A stretch of DNA of 64,000 nucleotides. Source: a bacterium. Its GTDB lineage: Bacteria > Patescibacteriota > Minisyncoccia > Phycocordibacterales > UBA5272. The stretch's first letter is position 1, and each line of letters opens with the position of its first letter. The stretch lies in assembly GCA_043719155.1 (NCBI GenBank), contig JAYSUJ010000024.1, forward strand, positions 3,424 to 67,423, read 5' to 3'. The translations under genes were made by a program, and so were the position numbers. Of this stretch, positions 1 through 8,927 are shown piece after piece. The notes beneath the pieces were generated by a model. It was given only the letters and a program-made list of their open reading frames with translations, had not been told where the DNA came from and did not search any database.

Positions 1-1178
1 TCACACACTTTTTTATCTGTGGCCTGAGTTTCCCCTTTCCATTTAACTCTTTCTCCTCTAAAATCTACCACTTCATCTTTAAAACGACCGTCCATACTAA
101 CATGCAAAATAGTTGGCACATTGTTTTGCATTGCCAAGTTATAGTCGTCTTCTCCAAAGGCCGGCGCCTCGTGAGCAATACCCGTACCGGCTGTATCGGT
201 CACAAAGTCAGCATGCCAAACTTTATAAATATTTTGTCCATTACTTTCACCAAAAGAATTTTTTAATTTTCCGATTTCAATGTCATTATTATAGTAATCA
301 AAAACTGGTTTGTACTTTTTTCCGATTAATTCTTGACCTAAAAACTCACTCAAAATTTCTACAACTTTTCCTTCTTTATTTTCAAAGACCTTTTCCACCA
401 AATTCTTTGCCACAACAAAAATCTGATTATCATATTTCAACTCCACATAACTCAGGCTTTTATTTACAGCAATTGCGGTGTTACCTGGCAAAGTCCATGG
501 CGTAGTTGTCCAAGCCAATAAACTTACAGGCAAGTCTCCCACCTTTTCTCCCACCAGCTCAAACTTTGCATAAACAGAAATATCCTTTACGTCAGCATAA
601 CCTAAAGCAACTTCACTTGCTGCTAGTGGTGTCTCGCATCTGGGGCAAACATGCATAACTTTAAAACCTTCATACGCCAAACCTTTTTTGTATAATTCTG
701 AAAAAGCCCACCAACAACTTTCGGTATAGGTGTTTGAAAGAGTCATATATCTATTTTCCATGTCTACCCAGCGTCCAATACGAGGTATTATTTTTTTCCA
801 CTCATCTTCGTATCTTAAAACCGAGTCAGTCGCCGCTTTGGTAAATTTTCCAACTCCAAAGTTTTCAATGTCGGCTTTATTTTTAAAACCAAGTTCTTTT
901 TCTATTAAATTTTCAATCGGCAAGCCATGAGTGTCCCAACCCCAAACCCGCCTAACATACTTACCTTTCATGGTTTGGTAACGTGGAATAGAGTCTTTCA
1001 AGTAACTCTGTAACAAGTGCCCATGATGTGGCATACCTGTAGCAAAAGGAGGTCCATCGTAAAAAGTAAAAGTAGGGTTGCCTTTATTTTCAAAAAGCGA
1101 CTTTTCAAATATTTTATTTTTACCCCAAAACTCTAGTATTTCCAGCTCTTTTTCATTGATAGTTTTTTGTTCTTTCAT
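1..1178 (-). CDS. ileS: Isoleucyl-tRNA synthetase, N-terminal part; the gene runs off the window's left edge so its 3' end is missing. Eukaryote-like type-2 IleRS.
   Basis: Reverse-strand translation from ATG at 1178 gives MKEQKTINEKELEILEFWGKNKIFEKS...FTFYDGPPFATGMPHHGHLL, which carries the HIGH-class motif in its HHGH variant. FYDGPPFATG(L/M)PH(Y/H)GH is the signature of eukaryote-type IleRS. A CP-editing-like region follows. It is absent from the ORF track, presumably because it is truncated at the window edge. Confidence 0.8.
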   Translation of the reverse strand, partial: MKEQKTINEKELEILEFWGKNKIFEKSLFENKGNPTFTFYDGPPFATGMPHHGHLLQSYLKDSIPRYQTMKGKYVRRVWGWDTHGLPIENLIEKELGFKNKADIENFGVGKFTKAATDSVLRYEDEWKKIIPRIGRWVDMENRYMTLSNTYTESCWWAFSELYKKGLAYEGFKVMHVCPRCETPLAASEVALGYADVKDISVYAKFELVGEKVGDLPVSLLAWTTTPWTLPGNTAIAVNKSLSYVELKYDNQIFVVAKNLVEKVFENKEGKVVEILSEFLGQELIGKKYKPVFDYYNNDIEIGKLKNSFGESNGQNIYKVWHADFVTDTAGTGIAHEAPAFGEDDYNLAMQNNVPTILHVSMDGRFKDEVVDFRGERVKWKGETQATDKKVC

Positions 1179-1222
1179 TATCTCATAATAGCAGAAAAAA
1201 AATCTATTTTCAAACTACATGA

Positions 1223-1654
1223 TTAGGGCCAAGCTGGTGGAGTAGCCCCACGACAAGCTTTCCAGTTTTTAGTATTTGTGGAGTCAACCAAATCAGGCTG
1301 AGAAGTGTTTTTGAAAATACTTCCCACCGCCCCTACACAATAACTTTTAAAGTCTGTAGTGTTGACGGAATACTTGTAACTACTTACACCCCCACTTGTA
1401 GAGTCGCTTGGTAATTTATTTAAAAAAACAGGCATCAACTCCTCTTTTGTGGCAGGATATTTTCCATTCACACTTTTAAAAGCTTCAAGCGCTAGCTGGT
1501 AGTCTCGTATCCCGGCCAAGTGTGAAGTGTCCTGAGCTTTTTGACGAACCGAAGTTAAGCCGTAGACAGCAATACCACTTAAAATACTTATAATTGTTAT
1601 TACCACCATAAGCTCTATTAAAGTAAAGCCTAAAAGTTTTTGTTTTTTTAACAT
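1223..1654 (-). CDS. Type IV pilin / pseudopilin-like protein with a prepilin N-terminal cleavage/methylation domain
   Basis: N-terminus MLKKQKLLG|FTLIELMVVITIISILSGIAV is the class III signal, with G-F cleavage and the E5 hydrophobic helix. The C-terminal domain is small and variable and contains Cys. Confidence 0.7.
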   Translation of the reverse strand: MLKKQKLLGFTLIELMVVITIISILSGIAVYGLTSVRQKAQDTSHLAGIRDYQLALEAFKSVNGKYPATKEELMPVFLNKLPSDSTSGGVSSYKYSVNTTDFKSYCVGAVGSIFKNTSQPDLVDSTNTKNWKACRGATPPAWP

Positions 1655-1684
1655 TGTGAAAGTATACTACAAACTATATTTAAC

Positions 1685-3439
1685 TTACATTTTTTCTGGG
1701 GCGTTTATACCCAAAATATATAAACCCTTTTTTAAAGTATCTTTAGCTAAACTAGTCAGATGTAAATTGTACCGAGTATTTTCTAAATTATTTTCATCAA
1801 TAATTTTCTGTTGTGCATAAAAAGAGTTGAACTCGCTTGCCAGCTCGAACAGATATTTTATGAGTTTTTGAGGTGCAATTTCTACTGCGGCAATATTTAA
1901 AATAAAATCAAATTGTAAAACTTTTCTTTCTATTTTACTTGTACTAAACTCCTCTCCTTTGTAAGGAGAGGCTGGGTGAGGTAGAGACAGTCCTCTCTCC
2001 AACAAACTCGCACATCTAGCATGGGTATAACAAAGGTAAGGTCCAGAGTCTCCCTCAAAACTACTTGCCCTCTCTGGGTCAAAATCTATATTTACACCAG
2101 GTTTACTTCGCAAAATTGCAATTCTGAGAGCTGAAAGGGCGATTTCTTTTTGTAATTTTTCTTTTTCTAAACTATTTAAATTTGCTACCCTCTCGTCACT
2201 TCGCTCACACACGTCTTCATAAACTGCATTTATAACCTCTTCTGCACTTGGCACCCCCCCAAGTCGGCTCGACATTTTTTTTCCTTTAAAGGTCATTCGT
2301 CCGTGCGGCACGTGTATACTTTTTTCAACCCAGTTTTCATTTATTTTTTTCGCCGCATCTAAGACCAATCGAAAATGTGGAGACTGCTCATTGTCAGTTA
2401 TAAAAAAAGAAAAGTCAGGGTTGTATTTTTTAAACTTTAGATCCAGTAGACCAATGTCTTTGGCGGCATAGGTCGGGTTACCCTCGCTATTTATAAAAAC
2501 TCCTGTATTTATGTCTTTTCTATTTTCGCCTGGGACGTAGATTATTGCTCCTTCACTTTGTTGAAAAATTACTGGTACATTTTCTATCACAATTTCCTTA
2601 CCTCTCACCCCAGCCTCTGACTCAAAAATGAAACCCTCAAAATTGGATTCTAGCTTTTTGGCCATTTCGTAAAAATAGTCTAAATTTATTTTCTTAGCAT
2701 ATTCATAAATCTCCACATCTTCGCTTTCTACTTTTCCATATAGATTGTTGGAAATATTCTTTACTTTTCTTATCTCGTCCTCTTTTTTTTCCTCTTCAAA
2801 TTTTTTAAATTCTTTTACACCTCGCACATAAGTTTCCCCTAAATATTTTACAGCTTCATCTATGTGTTCTTTTTTTTTCAAAAACTCTAGACCACCGTCC
2901 AACTTTATTATATAAATTGCCTTAGCTATGCCAATAGAAATGTCGGATGGATAGGAAATATCTGTAACTTTTGCCCCCATTTCTTTCATTATTCTAGTTA
3001 TGAACTCGCCAGTAAAGTTGTTCATTAAATGCCCAACCGTAAAAGGTTTAAATAGATTTATAGAAGTATGCTCCACTAAAACTTTTTTACCAAAATATTT
3101 TAGATTTACATATTTCACTTTTTCACTTTTTACAAATTCTGACTTTAAGTAAAAGTTTATAAAGCCCGGCATTTTAAACTCTAACCTTTCGGCTATTGCA
3201 TTTTTTTCTTCTCCTTTGTAAGGAGAGGTTAGGTGAGGCAGCAAAATATCAAACACTTCTTTCGGGGCTTTCTTTAGAATTTTACTCGCAACCAAACATA
3301 CGTTACTGGTCACATCTCCGTGTTCAAGCTCTGGCACATCTACAGTGAAATTTACCTTTTGAAACTCTAACCCCAACTCCAAAAAAACTTTTTCCAAGCT
3401 TTTTTCTATTTCTTGTTTTATGTTATCTAAATAGTTCAT
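1685..3439 (-). CDS. argS: Arginyl-tRNA synthetase; carries two in-frame copies of a short palindromic repeat
   Basis: 584 aa. Class I HIGH-like motif region HTSINLFKPFTVGHL. C-terminal DALR anticodon-binding-like SALRIAILRSKPGVNIDFD. N-terminal Arg_tRNA_synt_N-like region. The peptide LPH(L/P)(T/A)SPYKGEE occurs twice, see the repeat features. Confidence 0.8.
   Translation of the reverse strand: MNYLDNIKQEIEKSLEKVFLELGLEFQKVNFTVDVPELEHGDVTSNVCLVASKILKKAPKEVFDILLPHLTSPYKGEEKNAIAERLEFKMPGFINFYLKSEFVKSEKVKYVNLKYFGKKVLVEHTSINLFKPFTVGHLMNNFTGEFITRIMKEMGAKVTDISYPSDISIGIAKAIYIIKLDGGLEFLKKKEHIDEAVKYLGETYVRGVKEFKKFEEEKKEDEIRKVKNISNNLYGKVESEDVEIYEYAKKINLDYFYEMAKKLESNFEGFIFESEAGVRGKEIVIENVPVIFQQSEGAIIYVPGENRKDINTGVFINSEGNPTYAAKDIGLLDLKFKKYNPDFSFFITDNEQSPHFRLVLDAAKKINENWVEKSIHVPHGRMTFKGKKMSSRLGGVPSAEEVINAVYEDVCERSDERVANLNSLEKEKLQKEIALSALRIAILRSKPGVNIDFDPERASSFEGDSGPYLCYTHARCASLLERGLSLPHPASPYKGEEFSTSKIERKVLQFDFILNIAAVEIAPQKLIKYLFELASEFNSFYAQQKIIDENNLENTRYNLHLTSLAKDTLKKGLYILGINAPEKM
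1951..1984. repeat. 34-nt palindromic repeat, copy 1, inside argS and in frame
   Basis: cctctcctttgtaaggagaggctgggtgaggtag. The first 21 nt form a perfect hairpin with a 9-bp stem and 3-nt loop. Copy 2 is about 90% identical. Confidence 0.6.
3208..3241. repeat. 34-nt palindromic repeat, copy 2, inside argS and in frame
   Basis: cttctcctttgtaaggagaggttaggtgaggcag. Same palindrome core as copy 1. Confidence 0.6.
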
Positions 3440-3529
3440 CTTTTTTTCTGGTTTTTCTTTTTACATTTTACCACAAAAAAGACTCCCCCACGTTTTGCAA
3501 CGCGAGAGAGCCAGTCGTCCAAAGAGATC

Positions 3530-3814
3530 TTAGAAACGGTTTGTAATATGACCGTCGGGCTCGACAGAGACTTTCGTCCCAACCTTTGCCTGTTTTGGCC
3601 AAACAACGACCTTAGTCGTCGAACCGTCAGGGAAACGAAGAGTCACCTCTTCGCCCATGCAGCTCAGGCTCATCACCCGGCACTGCCTTTCCAGATCGTA
3701 AATCGGTCCTTGGACACTTTCAACCACTCCCTCCCGAGTCTTCACCTCCTGTCCGTTGGACGAGGTGGTGCCGACTGCGAGAAAGGCAACTACTGCGAGG
3801 ACATGACGAATCAT
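3530..3814 (-). CDS. Small secreted hypothetical protein (signal peptide) in a sharply GC-rich patch
   Basis: MIRHVLAVVAFLAVGTTSSNGQ... begins with a signal-peptide-like N-terminus. The region 3480-3830 is far more GC-rich than its flanks by eye. An alternative plus-strand ORF 3548..3841 lacks any signal. Confidence 0.35.
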   Translation of the reverse strand: MIRHVLAVVAFLAVGTTSSNGQEVKTREGVVESVQGPIYDLERQCRVMSLSCMGEEVTLRFPDGSTTKVVVWPKQAKVGTKVSVEPDGHITNRF

Positions 3815-3866
3815 GTTGTATCCTTTTGGTTTGTGTGGTAGATAATCTAAATAATAACAGAAATAT

Positions 3867-5120
3867 TCATTTTGTCAAGCTCTTGTCCCCCTTCCCAGAA
3901 GGGGGACAAGAGTAGAGAAGAAGCGCAACACACAGGACGACAGATGCAAATATGGTAGAAATTTTTACCCCAAATCTTTCACTCATGAAACCAACGTACA
4001 AACCACCTATGGAGCCAGTACCAATAATTGCCATGGACCAAAGAGAAGTGACTAGTCCAAGCATCTTTTCTTTACTATTAAGCATAACTAAAGCATTTGC
4101 CGTATTACCCATCAAAATTCCCAAAAACCCAGTCAGTAAAACGAAAAGCAGAAAGAAAGGAAAAGTTAGAGGTAGGGCCAAACAACCGAAAACCATAATA
4201 AGCAGAAAGCCTAATTTTTTTACTTTAATTTGACTCACATTTCTGTCTTGGGCCCCGTATATACCACCCAACACACAGCCAACGCTATAAAAAGTAATAA
4301 TAGTAGCATAGGACAAGGCGTTGCCACTAAAAATTTGCTTGATGAAAATTGGTGCTAAAGTTTGAATTATTAAAATAAAAGTCCCAACAACCCCCAAAAG
4401 AAGTAAGGTATCCCTTACGACTAAATTTCGCCAAATTTCTTTTAAATTTTTTATTAAACTTTTTTCTTCTTTTTCTTTTTCCTTCTCTGTTTCTGAGTTT
4501 TTTTCTATTTGGTTAAATTCACTCTTATTCATTTTTAAAATTAGAAAAATAGCAGCTAAAAAAGAACAGGCATTTAGTAAGAAACACCAAGCTGCCCCAA
4601 ATGCTGCCAAAACTATGCCTGAAATAATTGGACCAATAATTCTACCTAAACCATTTATGGTTGAAAAAAGCGATATAGCATTTTTAGTTTCGGATTTTGG
4701 TATAAGCCTGTACCTTAAAGATTGACGAACTGGGGCATCAATAACACGCAGCATTCCAGCCCAAAGTGCACTTGCGTATAAGAAATAAATATTTAGACCA
4801 CCGGTAAACAGGAGGCAAGCAACAAAAAATGGCATCAGAAATTGCAGAAATTGCACAATTAAAACTGTTTTATACTTTGGCAAACTGTCCACAATGTGTC
4901 CTCCAAATATCCCAAACACCAAAAGTGGCAAAAATTGTAAGGCAGTTATGATTCCCAAGGTTTCAGCCGAGCCTGTAATTTCATAGGCTAGCCAATTTAA
5001 AGCAATTGCCTGAACCCAAGAACCGGTTATGGACACAAATTGGGCAGCTATATACAGTCTAAAATTTCTATACTTAAGTGAGGAGGTAATTTTTTGAAAA
5101 ATACTAGAAATTTTAAGCAT
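3867..5120 (-). CDS. MFS transporter, EntS/MFS_3-like
   Basis: 417 aa with about 12 predicted TM helices. Conserved N-terminal RNFRLYIAAQFVSITGSWVQAIALNWLAYEITGSA is typical of MFS_3 exporters. Confidence 0.65.
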   Translation of the reverse strand: MLKISSIFQKITSSLKYRNFRLYIAAQFVSITGSWVQAIALNWLAYEITGSAETLGIITALQFLPLLVFGIFGGHIVDSLPKYKTVLIVQFLQFLMPFFVACLLFTGGLNIYFLYASALWAGMLRVIDAPVRQSLRYRLIPKSETKNAISLFSTINGLGRIIGPIISGIVLAAFGAAWCFLLNACSFLAAIFLILKMNKSEFNQIEKNSETEKEKEKEEKSLIKNLKEIWRNLVVRDTLLLLGVVGTFILIIQTLAPIFIKQIFSGNALSYATIITFYSVGCVLGGIYGAQDRNVSQIKVKKLGFLLIMVFGCLALPLTFPFFLLFVLLTGFLGILMGNTANALVMLNSKEKMLGLVTSLWSMAIIGTGSIGGLYVGFMSERFGVKISTIFASVVLCVALLLYSCPPSGKGDKSLTK

Positions 5121-5188
5121 CTAAACATTCTACCATAACAAAAAACTTATCTTTGCAGATAAGTTTTTTGTTTGTAAATTCTTAAACT

Positions 5189-5614
5189 TTAGTTTGTAAC
5201 TTCGATACCCATAGACTTTGCAGAACCTGCTAAAACTTTAGCAGCAGCGTCTATTGTAGTTGCATTTAAGTCTGCCATTTTAAGGGCTGCTAATTCTTTT
5301 AAGTCTGCCATAGATATTTTCCCAGCTTTGATACTTCCAGGTTTTGTAGAACCTTTTTTCATTCCCATTTTTGTAAGTATGAGCTCTGTGGCTTGGGTTG
5401 TACCAGTTTTAAAGTCATAAGTTCGGTCTTCGTAAACAGCAATTTTTGCAATTAATTTACCTTTTTTGTCTTTAGTAGCATCATTGAATTTTTTTACGAA
5501 CTCAGCAATGTTGATACCAGCTTGCCCAAGAGCCGGACCTAGTGGCGGCGCAGGAGTTGCTTTTGCAGCTTCGATCTTTACTTTTATATTCTTTTTAGCT
5601 ATTTTTTTTGCCAT
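5189..5614 (-). CDS. rplK: 50S ribosomal protein L11
   Basis: MAKKIAKK...ATPAPPLGPALGQAGINIAEFVKKFN is the L11 signature. It lies downstream of nusG. Confidence 0.9.
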   Translation of the reverse strand: MAKKIAKKNIKVKIEAAKATPAPPLGPALGQAGINIAEFVKKFNDATKDKKGKLIAKIAVYEDRTYDFKTGTTQATELILTKMGMKKGSTKPGSIKAGKISMADLKELAALKMADLNATTIDAAAKVLAGSAKSMGIEVTN

Positions 5615-5698
5615 ATATTTTCTTATTGCTCAACATTATATCATAATTTTACCAAAACTCAAGGCTCCTGCAGACTTTATTTGTATGAAATATGAAAA

Positions 5699-5734
5699 GG
5701 GGACGAATCATTTTCGTTCCCCTTTTTGTTTTTT
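5699..5734. terminator. Bidirectional intrinsic terminator hairpin after the inserted 102-aa ORF
   Basis: ggggacgaa / ttcgt(t)cccc stem with a tcatt loop, followed by ttttt on plus and tttt on minus. Confidence 0.5.
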
Positions 5735-6041
5735 ATCCTCCTTCTTTTTGGTTGTAGTTGGTAAACATCGACCTCAATCTCATTTTAGCTTTTTCTCGTT
5801 TTGAGTGTCCGACATGCCAACCATTACAGTACTTACATTCATAGGCATGGACCGTAGACTGAAATCTCTCCTTATGCCACAAAACATGCTGGTGGGCACT
5901 TCTCTGGTCCAAGTGCCGCACCTTTCCGGTGCAGCCAGTGTTCCTCATGTACCAGTGTTTCCCCATCTGACTCACCTCCTTTCGGTTTTTGATAAGATAG
6001 AAAAGACAGCCGCAAATTACAACCAAAAAAAGCACAATCAT
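5733..6041 (-). CDS. Cys/His-rich hypothetical protein, possibly zinc-binding, GC-rich; inserted between nusG and rplK
   Basis: ORF contains ...GCTGKVRHLDQRSAHQHVLWHKERFQSTVHAYECKYCNGWHVGH. Its GC content is visibly higher than the neighbours and it has its own terminator. The true start may be internal M26 (MGKHWY...). Confidence 0.3.
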   Translation of the reverse strand: MIVLFLVVICGCLFYLIKNRKEVSQMGKHWYMRNTGCTGKVRHLDQRSAHQHVLWHKERFQSTVHAYECKYCNGWHVGHSKREKAKMRLRSMFTNYNQKEGG

Positions 6042-6045
6042 GTGC

Positions 6046-6597
6046 TTACATTGGTTTCACTTGCAAAAAGTCCAACTCCACCGGCGTCTCTCGTCCAAAC
6101 ATGTTTACATTTACTTTTAGCTTTCCTTTTTCTACATCCACCCCTTCCACTTTTCCTTCCATACCTTTAAATGGTCCGTCTGTTATAGTTACATTTTCAC
6201 CAATTGCGATCTTAAGGGCATGAGTAGTTTTTGTATCTTTTAATTTGCTCCAGATAAACTCAATTTCCTTTGGAGTTAGCGGTACAGGCACAGTTCCTGC
6301 CCCCACGAAACCTGTTACACGAGGTGTGTTTCGAACAAGGTACCAAGAGTCCTCGTCGGCTATCATGTCTACTAGAACGTATCCAGGATAAAAATTTTCT
6401 TCAACTTCTACTTTTTTTCCATTCTTGATTTTTACTTTCTTCTCCAAAGGAACAAGTACGTCAAAAATCTTGTCATTCATACCTTCACTCAAAACTTTTT
6501 GTTTCAAATTTCTTTCTACTGCTTTTTCATAGCCAGAATAAGTCTGTATTGCATACCATTTTCTCACATTGCCTGCTACGTCATCTAAAATATTCAT
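6046..6597 (-). CDS. nusG: Transcription termination/antitermination factor NusG
   Basis: NGN domain (KWYAIQTYSGYEKAV) plus C-terminal KOW (VTITDGPFKGMEGKVEGVDVEKGKLKVNVNMFGRETPVEL). Sits in a secE-nusG-rplK context. Confidence 0.85.
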   Translation of the reverse strand: MNILDDVAGNVRKWYAIQTYSGYEKAVERNLKQKVLSEGMNDKIFDVLVPLEKKVKIKNGKKVEVEENFYPGYVLVDMIADEDSWYLVRNTPRVTGFVGAGTVPVPLTPKEIEFIWSKLKDTKTTHALKIAIGENVTITDGPFKGMEGKVEGVDVEKGKLKVNVNMFGRETPVELDFLQVKPM

Positions 6598-6600
6598 AAA

Positions 6601-6795
6601 TTATTTAACTTTAAAATAGTTAATTCCTTTTAAAATAGCCTCACCGAAACCAAGGTCAAGTGCACCCAAGTAAACAGCCATAACAGCAGTAAACAGTACC
6701 ACGAAAAGTGTAAAGTTTACCACCACGTTTTGTGAGGGAAAAGTTGTTAATTTGAGCTCTTTTTGTATATCTTTTAAATATGTTGACAAATTCAT
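6601..6795 (-). CDS. secE: Preprotein translocase subunit SecE
   Basis: 64 aa with a single C-terminal TM helix, immediately upstream of nusG. Confidence 0.7.
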   Translation of the reverse strand: MNLSTYLKDIQKELKLTTFPSQNVVVNFTLFVVLFTAVMAVYLGALDLGFGEAILKGINYFKVK

Positions 6796-6804
6796 AATGC
6801 TGCT

Positions 6805-6834
6805 ATTATACCAGAGAAAACGAGATTAGTACAA
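6805..6834 (-). promoter_or_regulatory. Putative sigma70-like promoter for secE-nusG
   Basis: On the minus strand TTGTAC, then 18 nt, then TGgTATAAT (an extended -10) ending about 10 nt before the secE ATG. The transcript may be nearly leaderless. Confidence 0.35.
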
Positions 6835-6840
6835 TTTAAA

Positions 6841-8286
6841 CTAGTTAGAGGTTATTGAATCAAAAATACTATTAAAAATGTAGCTATAATTTTCTAGTAA
6901 GTTGGCACTAAAAATTGGTGTCGTAACCAGATACAAAATTTCTTTATTTACAAAAACCACCTCTTCGACAAAAGCTGGCGAGTTGAAAAGTTGCCCATCT
7001 TTGTCATAAAAACGAATACTAACAGCTTTTCCTATATTGCCCAAAGTGAATTGTGAAGTTTCCTGCTTGCTTATACCCATATCACCCAATGCTACTATCA
7101 ACTCTGAAATTTTATTTTTTATTGCTACTTCTTCAGACTGATAACCAATATTGCTCTTGCTGATTACAAATGTTTCTGAAAAATTATCCAACTTGCTTTC
7201 ATAAGGAGATAGGAGCATGATAGAGACAGTCTTGTTTGCATTTGTAGAGGAACTAGTTGTCCATCCTAGTGGATAATATATTTTTATATTTCCATAATTA
7301 ATTTTATTTTTTAAAAATTGACTAGGTTTAGTGTTGGTTGCTGGAAGACTTTCGGTCTTTAGGTCTGTTATATTTTCTAAAAATAGTTTTATGGTACTAG
7401 ATGGAATAATGTACCCCAAGTTGGAACCAGCTTCAAAAGTTGCACTTTCAACCAGCCCATAATAGCAGCCATTATTTTGCCCAATGGCAATACCGCCCGA
7501 GTTACCATGGTTAGTACTGGCACTAATTTTTATCCTATTGTCCTCTCCACCTTGAAACCCACTCACCACACCTTCTGTTAATGTCACTGACTCCCCACCA
7601 GTAGTTGGGTAACCAATGATAAATATCTTGTCACCAATCTCAATGCTTTTAGAGCCACTACACATATTGGACACAGACTTAAAAACATCTTTCACTTTTG
7701 GTGGCATGGCATAAGTCTCGCCGTTCAGATTTTTGTTAGCTTTTTCGATAGTTAAAACAGCCAGATCCAAGCCTTCTATTTTAGATTTACTAGTTTCTAT
7801 TTTAGCTATTTTATTGTGGTACAAAACAGCTTTTTTAGAAAAGTAAGAAGTGTCGTAAAAAGTACCGTCGGTTGGTTTTGGAAAATAGATGTTACAGCCG
7901 TGAAATTTTTCATCTAAGCCTAGCACTACATGAGCGTTGGTTTGCACGCTTGGAATACCCTTTTCATTTAGAAAATATATACCACTACCCACTATAGTTT
8001 CTGGGCCACCGTCTGCATCTGAGCATCGTACCTGAGCCACAGCCGGGATAATATCTTTACGAATTTGAGACAAAACTTGTTCTGGTGACTTTTGATAAAA
8101 GTAAGAGAGTTTTTGAGAGAAAAAAATTCCCATAATTCTTGAATTTAAATAAATAATTCCAAAAAAAGAAAGCAAGATGGAAATAGAAATAAGCAAAGTG
8201 TAAACTCTGACTAAAAAATGTTTATGCAAATATTTATCTAGCATTATGCAACAAGTATCACATAGATAAAAGAAAAAAGTACTCAA
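6841..8286 (-). CDS. Membrane-anchored trypsin-like (S1) serine protease
   Basis: N-terminal TM anchor. TNAHVV supplies the catalytic His region and HGNSGG the catalytic Ser motif (GNSGG). Confidence 0.55.
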   Translation of the reverse strand: MSTFFFYLCDTCCIMLDKYLHKHFLVRVYTLLISISILLSFFGIIYLNSRIMGIFFSQKLSYFYQKSPEQVLSQIRKDIIPAVAQVRCSDADGGPETIVGSGIYFLNEKGIPSVQTNAHVVLGLDEKFHGCNIYFPKPTDGTFYDTSYFSKKAVLYHNKIAKIETSKSKIEGLDLAVLTIEKANKNLNGETYAMPPKVKDVFKSVSNMCSGSKSIEIGDKIFIIGYPTTGGESVTLTEGVVSGFQGGEDNRIKISASTNHGNSGGIAIGQNNGCYYGLVESATFEAGSNLGYIIPSSTIKLFLENITDLKTESLPATNTKPSQFLKNKINYGNIKIYYPLGWTTSSSTNANKTVSIMLLSPYESKLDNFSETFVISKSNIGYQSEEVAIKNKISELIVALGDMGISKQETSQFTLGNIGKAVSIRFYDKDGQLFNSPAFVEEVVFVNKEILYLVTTPIFSANLLENYSYIFNSIFDSITSN

Positions 8287-8316
8287 AATAAATGGGATGT
8301 GTGGAAAATGTAAAAC

Positions 8317-8925
8317 ATGTTACAATTTCAATATAAAATAAATATGTTAGAGATAATACACAACTTTGGATATACTGGATTGTTCGTAACCATATTTGCA
8401 GAAATTGGGGCTATGATGTTTTTCTTGCCTGGTGACACCCTCATCTTTGGGTCTGGAATGTTGGCTGAAACTGGTGCTATGCATTTTTTAGGAACTATCT
8501 TTTTGATTTTTACTTCGTCTGCCCTAGCTGGTCATTTTGGTTATTTTGTTGGGACAAAAATTGACAGAGAAACACTTATAAATAATAAGTATTACAAAAT
8601 CAAAGACGCCCACTTAGAACATACTGAAAAGTTTTTTGCAAAATATGGTGCTTTAGCCATTGTAGCATCTCGCTTTGTGCCCATAGTCAGAAATTTTATT
8701 TCCCAAATTTGTGGACTATTAAAATATAATAGAAGAAAGTTTTTCATTTACAATCTTATTGCTAGCTTTATTTGGCCGGCAATTACCGTTTCTTTGGGGT
8801 TTTATTTTGGTAAAATGTTCCCGAACTTAGTTGTGTACATGGAGTATTTTATGGTTATAATGATAGCCATCGTGGCCTTACCTTTTATTTTAGAGATGGG
8901 TAAAAAACTTTTTAGGTTTAAATAA
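8317..8925 (+). CDS. DedA/SNARE-associated family membrane protein
   Basis: FLPGDTLIFGSGMLAETG motif and a multi-TM profile typical of the DedA family. Confidence 0.55.
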   Translation: MLQFQYKINMLEIIHNFGYTGLFVTIFAEIGAMMFFLPGDTLIFGSGMLAETGAMHFLGTIFLIFTSSALAGHFGYFVGTKIDRETLINNKYYKIKDAHLEHTEKFFAKYGALAIVASRFVPIVRNFISQICGLLKYNRRKFFIYNLIASFIWPAITVSLGFYFGKMFPNLVVYMEYFMVIMIAIVALPFILEMGKKLFRFK

Positions 8926-8927
8926 AA

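Noticed and set aside
113-930. Plus-strand ORFs 113..505 and 730..930
   Set aside because: They lie antisense within the clear ileS coding region on the minus strand. Low-complexity translations with no support.
3548-3841. Plus-strand ORF 3548..3841 in the GC-rich patch
   Set aside because: The opposite-strand ORF has a convincing signal peptide. The plus frame has none, so the minus frame is preferred, though neither is certain.
5805-6170. Plus-strand ORF 5805..6170
   Set aside because: Overlaps the nusG 3' end and is antisense to the Cys/His-rich ORF. No motif.
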